From an uncultured Bacteroidales bacterium (lineage in GTDB: Bacteria; Bacteroidota; Bacteroidia; Bacteroidales; VadinHA17): a stretch of DNA of 64,000 nucleotides. Position 1 is the stretch's first letter; the number at the start of each line of letters is the position of its first letter. The notes beneath the pieces were generated by a model, which did no database searches, was not told where the DNA came from, and saw only the letters and a list, made by a program, of their open reading frames with translations. Where the stretch lies: contig CAVTPT010000005.1 of the NCBI GenBank assembly GCA_963736675.1, positions 128,040 through 192,039 of the forward strand, written 5' to 3'. Positions 9,724 through 17,101 of this stretch are shown piece by piece. Position numbers and translations under genes: made by a program.

Positions 9724-10698
9724 TTATTTGTCTCTTGTTGTGGTATAAAGCACTAACTTCCTCAATGACTCCTTAACGTCGGAATCGGGATATATGTCAA
9801 GGATTGCAAGGGCTTTATCCCTGTACTGGTTCATCTTCATTTCAGCGTACTCCATACCTCCGTTTTCGGAAACAAAACGGATCACACCGGTAATTTCATC
9901 CCTTGTCTTTTTCTTTTTCCTGACAGTTGCCAGCATTTGTTTCCTTTTCAGATCAGACGACTGTTCGAGAGCATAAATCAAAGGCAATGTTATTTTTTTT
10001 TCCTTGATATCATTTCCATACGTCTTCCCGGTGAGTCCGGTTCCTTCATAATCAAGCAGATCGTCCCGTATCTGAAATGCTATGCCGATATTCTCACCAA
10101 AATCCTTCATCTGCTGAATAGTGTCAGCATCTTCAGTTACCGATTTGGCACCGCATGCAGTGCATGCAGCTATCAATGCGGCTGTTTTTCTGGTTATGAT
10201 CCTGAAGTAATCATCCTCCTTCAGATTCAGCTTTCTTGCCTTCTGAAGCTGAAGAAGCTCCCCCTCACTCATCAGTTTGACGGCTTCCGATACTATTTCC
10301 AGCATGTCAAACCTGTTTTTCTCTATACTTATCAGAAGCCCCCTGGAAAGCATATAATCACCAACAAGGACCGCAATCTTTGAATTCCACAGGGCATTTA
10401 TTGAAAGCGCACCTCTTCTCTCATCTGCATCATCCACAACATCATCGTGCACCAGCGAAGCGGTATGAAGAAGCTCAATGAATGTTGCAGCAACATAGGT
10501 AGGTTCACTGATTTTGCCATTCAGCGCGGCTGAAAGGAATACAAGCAAAGGTCTCATCTGTTTGCCCTTACGCCGGAAGACGTAATTAATTATTATCTTA
10601 AGCAGGGGGATCTCGCTTTTCATAGTCCTGCCAAAGTAGGCTTCAAATTCAGCCATTTCTTCCTTTACAGGTTTCCTGATATCCGCGAGTTCCGACAT
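9724..10698 (-). CDS. ispB: Long-chain trans-polyprenyl diphosphate synthase
   Basis: 324 aa with both Asp-rich motifs, LVHDDVVDD and FQIRDDLLD. Confidence 0.85.
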   Translation of the reverse strand: MSELADIRKPVKEEMAEFEAYFGRTMKSEIPLLKIIINYVFRRKGKQMRPLLVFLSAALNGKISEPTYVAATFIELLHTASLVHDDVVDDADERRGALSINALWNSKIAVLVGDYMLSRGLLISIEKNRFDMLEIVSEAVKLMSEGELLQLQKARKLNLKEDDYFRIITRKTAALIAACTACGAKSVTEDADTIQQMKDFGENIGIAFQIRDDLLDYEGTGLTGKTYGNDIKEKKITLPLIYALEQSSDLKRKQMLATVRKKKKTRDEITGVIRFVSENGGMEYAEMKMNQYRDKALAILDIYPDSDVKESLRKLVLYTTTRDK

Positions 10699-10994
10699 GA
10701 TTTCTTATTTCATTCAAATATAGTAAAATCAGTTTAACCTCTTAGAATAAATGCTTTTTGATATCCGTTTTAAAAGTTTATTACTGCAAAATTAGTTAGA
10801 CTTTAGATAAACTATATATTTGTTCTGCCAATTGACTAGTGAAACAATAAGAAAACCACCTGATTGACCACGACTACAATCATGCATAAAAATAATTTTA
10901 CAGCCGGGCTAAGCCAGCCGGGCAAAATCAGTCATGTGTTGTACCCCCCGCCTGAACGGGGCAGGCTATCTACCTTTAAAATTAAAATTATCTT

Positions 10995-11291
10995 ATGAAA
11001 ATCAATGATCTGCAACCCGAAAAGCTGGAACAGGCTGCAAACATGCTTAAAGCAATGGCACATCCGATGCGGATATCAATAATCACATGCCTGTTTGAAG
11101 GGGAAAAAAGAACTGTTACCGAGATACATAAACTTGTGGGAATTGAACAATCGACAGCATCTCATCACCTTGGAATTCTGAAGGATAAGGGCGTTCTTTT
11201 ATCAAAAAGAGAAGGTAAAAATACCTATTATTTCCTGAAGCACGACAATCTGGAGACTCTCTTATCGTGCATCAGTGCGTGCTGCAGGTAA
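10995..11291 (+). CDS. ArsR/SmtB-family metalloregulatory transcription factor
   Basis: 98 aa. Contains LKAMAHPMRISII and the HTH VTEIHKLVGIEQSTASHHLGILKDKGVL. The C-terminal Cys cluster is SCISACC. Confidence 0.85.
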   Translation: MKINDLQPEKLEQAANMLKAMAHPMRISIITCLFEGEKRTVTEIHKLVGIEQSTASHHLGILKDKGVLLSKREGKNTYYFLKHDNLETLLSCISACCR

Positions 11292-11315
11292 ATGAAAGAG
11301 TTCTGCCCGTAACCT

Positions 11316-11924
11316 TCAGGTAAGGTCTCTGAACATTCTTTTCTGAAAAAGGACTATTGCAAACACTCCGCAGGTAATTGCTGAATCAGCAATATTGAAA
11401 ACAGGCCTGAAAAAAACCAACGATTCCCCAGGTCTGAATGGTGACCAGTCAGGCCATGTAGTGTCAATAACGGGGAAATAAAACATATCGACTACTCTTC
11501 CATGAAGAAATGAAGAGTAACCTCCTTCCGGAGGAAAAAGAACAGCAGGCTGGCTGAAGCTTTCACTGAAAATCATCCCGTAAAATGCGCTGTCGATTAT
11601 ATTACCAATAGCTCCGGCCATTATGGCACTTACCGCAAGTATAAGACCCGTGTTTGCCTTTTTCCCTACAATCGAACCAAGAAACCATCCGATACCAATT
11701 ATTGCAATGATCCTGAAGATGCTCAGAATGAATTTTCCTGACTTTCCCCCCATCTCCATCCCAAATGCCATCCCATTGTTTTCAATGAAATGAATGATAC
11801 CCCAGTTACCGAATAAATGTATCTCCTGGCCGATAACCATATGGGTCTTTATCCAGATTTTCAGTATCTGATCGGCAATTAAAATAAGTATTATCAGCAA
11901 AACAGCCTTTTTCCCTGACGACAT
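11316..11924 (-). CDS. lspA: Lipoprotein signal peptidase (signal peptidase II)
   Basis: 202 aa, multi-TM, with the NNGMAFG and FNIADS catalytic-Asp motifs. Confidence 0.9.
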   Translation of the reverse strand: MSSGKKAVLLIILILIADQILKIWIKTHMVIGQEIHLFGNWGIIHFIENNGMAFGMEMGGKSGKFILSIFRIIAIIGIGWFLGSIVGKKANTGLILAVSAIMAGAIGNIIDSAFYGMIFSESFSQPAVLFPPEGGYSSFLHGRVVDMFYFPVIDTTWPDWSPFRPGESLVFFRPVFNIADSAITCGVFAIVLFQKRMFRDLT

Positions 11925-12056
11925 TGATCCATGTTTAAAATCAGGGGCGCAAAATAGTAAAAAAAATGATCACAACCCAATCCGCATCAATCATTTGATG
12001 AAGCTGAAAAGGAAGTGATCATTCACTTTGTTAAATGGTTCTCTTTTTATCCGTAA

Positions 12057-13391
12057 TTAATCATTGGTATTGCTTCCGGAAGTATCGTCGGATCCTTCTT
12101 TCCTGAAGATATTCAGCTTTACCGAAAGCCTCATGGTAATTGCAAGCAGGACAAACAAACCTATATTCCCGGCAAGGTATGCATAGTCGTTCAGCGTCAA
12201 CAGTATAAAGATAAAAAAGTAAAGGAATACCAGAAGCGATACAATAAGTATCAGAGTGCTCGGTTGTCTGATCAGCGACCTCAGAAAACCTGAAATAAGG
12301 AGTATGGTCGAACCCGCCGAGATCAGGTAAGCCAGATTAAATCCTGTATGCTCACTCAATGCATTAAGAAGCGAAAAGAACAGGACCAGACCCAGAGACA
12401 CCAGCAGATAGTGAAATATATGGATTCTCCCTTTAGTTGTCATTTCGGCAAACAGCAGGGCCAAAAATGTAAGTGCAATGAACAGGATGCCATATTTTGC
12501 ACTTCTGAGCGACTTCTGGTAATGATCAACAGGAAGAATGAAGTCAACACCGAATGCGTCTGTTGAAGGATTATAAGATTTTCCTGCCCAGCTTTGAGGA
12601 AAATTCCTGTTAAGGTTTGTAACCTGCCATTCTGCAACAAATCCCGATCTGTCAATTGTCCGTTCAACCGGAAGAAATTTACCACTGAATCCCGGAGAAT
12701 CCCACGCCGAACGAAGATTCACCCTCGTAATTTTTCCTGCGGGTAGAAAACTCAGATGTTCCGACCCTGAAATTTTCATGTTGATTGCAAAGGAGAGATT
12801 CTTTTTATTTTCATTCAGACTGATGGGAAAGGTGAGGCCCGAACTGAAAAGATCTGATTCGCTCAATCCGGGAACTGCTTCAATATTAATGGAATCTGTT
12901 GAAAAGATTACTTCTCCCTTAAGACCCCGGTTATCGCTGATTCCCACGGTGAAATAAGCCTCATCCCACATTATCTCGCTTTTTTCCCCGATATTGATCA
13001 AGGGAATAATAAAATCGCCCGACATCTTAAGATCAGCTGTAAATACTACCGCCTGGTATATACTTCTGTACCTTTTTTCAGTCCCGATGTCGCCTGCGAC
13101 GTTAAGATTATCGGGCATAAGGTGGAAAACAGTATTGTACGACCCGCCTTCTTCCGACGGTTTAAATACCTTTACAGGTATATTAAGCACCGGACCTGAG
13201 ATACTCTGTTCTCCGGCCCACTGAAAGGAGATCTCCTTTATTACATTTCCTGAATTCATCTCTCTCTCCTTTATAATCGATTTGATCATTTCCAGAGGGA
13301 TGAGCAGCATGATCCCGAGGATAGCCAGCAGACCCATTTTTAATGTCAATGAATGCTGCCATTTTTTGTTGTCACTGATTTCGATTTTCAT
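12057..13391 (-). CDS. creD: Cell-envelope integrity inner-membrane protein CreD
   Basis: 444 aa. It has an N-terminal TM, a large periplasmic domain and a C-terminal cluster of about 5 TM helices, with CreD-like length and layout (SAKYGILFIALTFL..., ALSEHTGFNLAYLI). Confidence 0.8.
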   Translation of the reverse strand: MKIEISDNKKWQHSLTLKMGLLAILGIMLLIPLEMIKSIIKEREMNSGNVIKEISFQWAGEQSISGPVLNIPVKVFKPSEEGGSYNTVFHLMPDNLNVAGDIGTEKRYRSIYQAVVFTADLKMSGDFIIPLINIGEKSEIMWDEAYFTVGISDNRGLKGEVIFSTDSINIEAVPGLSESDLFSSGLTFPISLNENKKNLSFAINMKISGSEHLSFLPAGKITRVNLRSAWDSPGFSGKFLPVERTIDRSGFVAEWQVTNLNRNFPQSWAGKSYNPSTDAFGVDFILPVDHYQKSLRSAKYGILFIALTFLALLFAEMTTKGRIHIFHYLLVSLGLVLFFSLLNALSEHTGFNLAYLISAGSTILLISGFLRSLIRQPSTLILIVSLLVFLYFFIFILLTLNDYAYLAGNIGLFVLLAITMRLSVKLNIFRKEGSDDTSGSNTND

Positions 13392-13404
13392 TTAAATAAG
13401 TATT

Positions 13405-13427
13405 AAAAGTACTTTGAAATACAAAGT
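13405..13427 (-). promoter_or_regulatory. Compound palindrome AAAAGTACTTTGAAataCAAAGT 20-36 nt upstream of creD; candidate operator
   Basis: ACTTTG (13411-13416) and CAAAGT (13422-13427) are inverted repeats with a 5-nt spacer. There is also a nested AAAGTACTTT palindrome. A near-identical copy lies at 14384-14406. Confidence 0.55.
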
Positions 13428-13443
13428 GTTTGGTTAAAAAAAA

Positions 13444-13743
13444 TCATCTTGAATTAAGGATATCTTCAAGGGCTTTCAGGTGTATCCTGAATGATTGAGC
13501 ACCTTCAGTTGTTACCGAATAGCTTGTATTGGGTTTTCGTCCTATAAATTGCTTGTTAACACTGATAAGGCCATTTTCCTCAAGGGCTTTAAGATGGCTT
13601 GCAAGATTCCCGTCTGTTACCCCGAGAGTCTCCTTTAGAGTGTTGAAGTCGTAAGTATCGTTGACCATCAAAACCGACATTATACCTAACCGTACCCTGT
13701 TTTCAAACAGCTTATTCAGACTGGAGATCAACTCTTTCATCAT
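13444..13743 (-). CDS. Winged-helix transcriptional regulator (ArsR/PadR-like small wHTH)
   Basis: About 99 aa from ATG 13743 (MMKELISSLNKLFENRVRLGIMSVL...). That start overlaps the upstream stop in ATGATGA. The longer 119-aa version would overlap the upstream gene by 64 nt. Confidence 0.7.
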   Translation of the reverse strand: MMKELISSLNKLFENRVRLGIMSVLMVNDTYDFNTLKETLGVTDGNLASHLKALEENGLISVNKQFIGRKPNTSYSVTTEGAQSFRIHLKALEDILNSR

Positions 13744-14372
13744 TGATATTTTCTGAACATTAACAAACCATAACCGATATGGAGGATTCCAAACCCGAAG
13801 CACCAGAAAAGCAATCCATAAACAGGAAATATTGCAGAAAGCAAACCGGTAATTATCTGTAATATCCCAAGATAAAAAACTTCACTGTATGTGAATTTAC
13901 CGGCATTTACAAGGGCAAGTCCGTAAAAGATAAGCATAGCTGCAATAATGATCATCCAGTCTCCCCTTATAAACAGAATGGAAATGAAAATACCCCCCGT
14001 AATAAGAGGGATAATCAGGTTTACAAGTAACCTCCTTGACACCGGGGTCCAGATCGTAACTCCCTTTTTTGCCGCTGTCCTGAATGAAAAAAAGACTGAT
14101 GCACTTACTGCAAGTATAAGCACCACTACAGCTGTTACAATCAATTGCATCTTTATTAGCGGGATCTCCTCAGGTGAGATGGAATTAATAAATTCGCCGG
14201 AAAATAACAGGTGCCCATTTAAAATTCCCAGGAAAGCAAACAGGACCCCGGCCAGGGCTGATAATCCGGCAAATATTCCTGACAATCCGCTTAATGACAG
14301 GAATCTTGAAGATTCCTCCATCACTTTTCTGATTGTCTTCAGATCTTCAAAATATTCTGTTTTGCTATTCAT
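13740..14372 (-). CDS. Hypothetical integral membrane protein (about 6 TM), first gene of the wHTH operon
   Basis: 210 aa with repeated hydrophobic helices. It is translationally coupled to the wHTH regulator. I recognise no family motif. Confidence 0.6.
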   Translation of the reverse strand: MNSKTEYFEDLKTIRKVMEESSRFLSLSGLSGIFAGLSALAGVLFAFLGILNGHLLFSGEFINSISPEEIPLIKMQLIVTAVVVLILAVSASVFFSFRTAAKKGVTIWTPVSRRLLVNLIIPLITGGIFISILFIRGDWMIIIAAMLIFYGLALVNAGKFTYSEVFYLGILQIITGLLSAIFPVYGLLFWCFGFGILHIGYGLLMFRKYQ

Positions 14373-14383
14373 GTCCGTAAAAT

Positions 14384-14408
14384 AAAAGTACTTTGAATCG
14401 CAAAGTTA
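14384..14408 (-). promoter_or_regulatory. Second copy of the palindrome (AAAAGTACTTTGAAtcgCAAAGT) overlapping a TAACTTTG -7 promoter box upstream of the membrane-protein/wHTH operon
   Basis: ACTTTG 14390-14395 and CAAAGT 14401-14406. Read on the minus strand, 14408-14401 is TAACTTTG, which matches the Bacteroides TAnnTTTG consensus. It lies 18-36 nt upstream of ATG 14372. Confidence 0.55.
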
Positions 14409-14560
14409 AATAATAATTTTTGAAATACAACACACACCGTATGAAATATTCTCAACACGGATACTTTTATTAACTTTCGGTTATAATTTTACCTGACCGG
14501 TGACACCCTGACGTCATAAAATTTATTAATCTGATAGTAACCTGCATTTAAAATATAAAC

Positions 14561-15226
14561 ATGAATAAGCGGACTGCAATTGTTTTCGGGGCTACAGGCC
14601 TTGTTGGAAAAATGCTTGTTGAGGAACTTATTGGTTCTGAACAATATTCCCTGGTGAAGACATTCGTACGTAAAGGTTCGGGTGACCCGGTCAATATAAA
14701 AACGGAGGAGCATATAATCGATTTTGGCAGGCTGCCTGATTTTTATGACCTCATCAGGGGTGACGATTTGTACATATGCCTTGGAACAACTATAAAAAAA
14801 GCCGGATCAGTAGCCGCGATGGAGAGGATCGATCGTGATCTGCCTGTGTCAATAGCAACTGCTGCGGTCAACAATGGCGTGAAAAGGGTAGCTGTTGTAT
14901 CTTCGGTGGGCGCAAGTCCCGGATCGTCCAATTATTATCTCCGGATAAAGGGGGAGATGGAAGAAAAGATCCGGAATGCAGGGTTTGATCATGTAGCCAT
15001 TGTAAGGCCTTCGATGCTTCTGGGTGAAAGATCTGAGAAACGTTTTGGAGAATCTGCCGGTAAGGTGCTGATAAACATCTTAGGGTTTTTCCTTTTTGGA
15101 AAATATAAAAAATTCAGGGGAATAAAGGCAAAAGATGTGGCAAAGGCCATGATAAGGATATTAAACGGGACCGATACCGGCAGGATCTACGAATCTGATG
15201 AACTGCAAAAACTTGCGTCAGGATAA
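14561..15226 (+). CDS. NAD(P)H-binding (atypical SDR / HTATIP2-like) oxidoreductase
   Basis: 221 aa. The N-terminal Rossmann motif is AIVFGATGLVGKMLVEEL. Confidence 0.75.
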   Translation: MNKRTAIVFGATGLVGKMLVEELIGSEQYSLVKTFVRKGSGDPVNIKTEEHIIDFGRLPDFYDLIRGDDLYICLGTTIKKAGSVAAMERIDRDLPVSIATAAVNNGVKRVAVVSSVGASPGSSNYYLRIKGEMEEKIRNAGFDHVAIVRPSMLLGERSEKRFGESAGKVLINILGFFLFGKYKKFRGIKAKDVAKAMIRILNGTDTGRIYESDELQKLASG

Positions 15227-15264
15227 AAAAATGCCGGAAATGAAGAAATATCTTCTTTTCCGGC
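15225..15264 (-). terminator. Rho-independent terminator of the lipoprotein gene (possibly bidirectional)
   Basis: Hairpin GCCGGAAATGAAGA-AATA-TCTTCTTTTCCGGC at 15233-15264. On the minus strand it is followed by a 7-nt T run, the complement of A 15225-15231. Confidence 0.75.
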
Positions 15265-15293
15265 CGCCATTATAATTAATTCTGTCGCCTTGC

Positions 15294-16124
15294 CTATGGC
15301 AGGCAGACCATATTATTTTTCCCCTCATCCCAGCAATACCAGTCTGACGTCGGAAAATGCGAAGGAGCTTTGACATGGCCAATTTTCGATGTGGTGTTCC
15401 ATTCTACATTGACCGGTGAAAAGAGTACTCCATTGAAATAACTGATCTCATAAAACGCATTATACGTACCTGTAGTCAGCCCGTATTTTATATAACTGTC
15501 TTTGAAGGCTTCACCAACCTTTACATAGGTATACTGAACCGTTGTAACCGTACCCTGGGTTCCTGTCCAGTCAATCTGAAGAACAGGGACCTGGTTTGCT
15601 GCACTCTCATTCAGGATCCATTGTCCTCCTGTTCCGTCGAGTCTGGAGGTTCCTTCGAACCATACAAATTCATCAAATGAGTTTGTTCCCTCTTTTGCGA
15701 TATACATTTTCCAGAGCACATCATCCGTACGAATCTGTCCCGTAAGACGAGCTTTGTATGTGACGCTGATGTTATCAATGGATAGTGTGGCATCATATTT
15801 CCATTGCCAGGTTTTATTATCGAGATAAGTGGGAGTTTTGTTTACGGCTATCTGAAAAGATCTGACCGGTACGGCCAGAGTAGTGTAAATGACTGTTCTC
15901 CAGATAAGTGCTACTCCGGCAGCAAACTGCCAGTTGCTGTTTTCAGTTCCTTTCAGGTAGTTGAGATCATCTGATTTTGTTTCGTCAATAAAGTTTTCAA
16001 AATCAATATCCAGGGATGTTACAGGAGGCAGGGCAGGAGGTTCTCCATTATCTTCTTTCTTACAGGCAGTAAGAAGAGCTACAAACAGCAGGATCAGAAG
16101 AGCAGATGAGAAATATTTTTTCAT
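15294..16124 (-). CDS. Hypothetical lipoprotein
   Basis: 276 aa with lipobox LLTAC at residues 17-21 (MKKYFSSALLILLFVALLTACKKEDN). The mature part is beta-rich and I recognise no family. Confidence 0.6.
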   Translation of the reverse strand: MKKYFSSALLILLFVALLTACKKEDNGEPPALPPVTSLDIDFENFIDETKSDDLNYLKGTENSNWQFAAGVALIWRTVIYTTLAVPVRSFQIAVNKTPTYLDNKTWQWKYDATLSIDNISVTYKARLTGQIRTDDVLWKMYIAKEGTNSFDEFVWFEGTSRLDGTGGQWILNESAANQVPVLQIDWTGTQGTVTTVQYTYVKVGEAFKDSYIKYGLTTGTYNAFYEISYFNGVLFSPVNVEWNTTSKIGHVKAPSHFPTSDWYCWDEGKNNMVCLP

Positions 16125-16219
16125 AATTCAGTTCTTTTAGTTTCATATTACAACGCCAAAGTTAGTTTAAAAGTATTATGGAATCCAATAAAAGGTTGTA
16201 GAATATAGATCAAACAATT

Positions 16220-16251
16220 TTTGACTTGAGTTGAACAATAGCCTAAATTTG
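16220..16251 (+). promoter_or_regulatory. Bacteroidota-type promoter of sod (-33 TTTG, -7 TAAATTTG)
   Basis: TTTG at 16220-16223, a 20-nt spacer, then TAAATTTG at 16244-16251. The box ends 24 nt before ATG 16276. Confidence 0.5.
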
Positions 16252-16275
16252 TTGTTTAATCTTAAAATTTTTGTC

Positions 16276-17001
16276 ATGAATAAAGAAGAAATTTTAAAGA
16301 AAGCGGGTCTCGGCATTATTGCTGTTTTGTTTGCTTATAATGGATTTTCGGCGGACCCCGGAAATCAAAAAAATGTACATATGGAAAAATTTAACATTCA
16401 CGAATTCCCGGCATTACCATATGCCTATGATGCACTTGAACCTTACATTGATGCCCGCACAATGGAGATCCATTATGACAGACATCACCGTGCATATTTT
16501 AATAACTTTGTTGCTGCCATTAAGGACACACCTCTTGATAACAGCACAATTGAGCAGATATTTGCAGGAATCTCAAAAGCGGGAGATGCTGTGAGGAACA
16601 ATGGAGGAGGTTTTTATAATCATGTTTTCTTCTGGAACAATCTTGCTCCTAAATCGTCGGGCCCTTCTGCTGAGCTTACGGCAGCCCTGACAAAAACCTT
16701 CGGATCGATCGACAAGTTTAAGGAACTTTTCGGCAATGCGGCTAAAACACGCTTCGGGAGCGGCTGGGCATGGTTATATCTTACTCCGGACAAGACTCTT
16801 TCGATCGGTAGTACGCCAAACCAGGACAATCCTTTGATGGATGTTTCTGCAATAAAAGGTACACCGCTTCTGACAATTGATGTATGGGAGCATGCTTATT
16901 ATCTTAAATACCAGAACAAGAGAGCAGATTATGTTGATGCGTTCTGGAATGTTGTCAACTGGGAAGAGGTAAGCAGAAGGTATGAGGAAGCACTAAAGTA
17001 A
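16276..17001 (+). CDS. Fe/Mn-family superoxide dismutase with N-terminal signal peptide
   Basis: Metal ligand regions HYDRHHRAYFNNF and DVWEHAYYLKYQNKRADYV are present. I prefer ATG 16276, because the 16231 TTG extension overlaps the predicted promoter. The N-terminus is MNKEEILKKAGLGIIAVLFAYNGFSA. Confidence 0.9.
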   Translation: MNKEEILKKAGLGIIAVLFAYNGFSADPGNQKNVHMEKFNIHEFPALPYAYDALEPYIDARTMEIHYDRHHRAYFNNFVAAIKDTPLDNSTIEQIFAGISKAGDAVRNNGGGFYNHVFFWNNLAPKSSGPSAELTAALTKTFGSIDKFKELFGNAAKTRFGSGWAWLYLTPDKTLSIGSTPNQDNPLMDVSAIKGTPLLTIDVWEHAYYLKYQNKRADYVDAFWNVVNWEEVSRRYEEALK

Positions 17002-17034
17002 CAGGGTCGTGTTATTTCTTAATATCTGTGCGAC

Positions 17035-17073
17035 AAAAAAATGAGGCGTCTGGTTTAACGCCTCATTTTTTTT
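17035..17073. terminator. Bidirectional rho-independent terminator between sod and the acyl-CoA ligase gene
   Basis: Stem ATGAGGCG / CGCCTCAT (17041-17048 / 17059-17066). It is flanked by an A run (17035-17041) and an 8-nt T run (17066-17073), so it is functional in both orientations. Confidence 0.85.
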
Positions 17074-17101
17074 ATTAAGAACAGTTAACAGTCTTGCGGT
17101 T

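Noticed and set aside
16231-16275. N-terminal extensions offered by the ORF track through non-ATG or upstream starts. Examples are sod TTG 16231, pfp GTG 40992, GH16-like GTG 58562, queD 18826, polA 19328, dtd 30034, wHTH 13803, OMP 55166 and TBDR 39459.
   Set aside because: In each case a downstream ATG gives an N-terminus that matches the conserved family start or a proper signal peptide. It also removes overlap with promoters or neighbouring genes. Conversely, TTG starts were kept for hemD, rsgA and the 385-aa kinase, because no in-frame ATG precedes conserved or essential N-terminal sequence.
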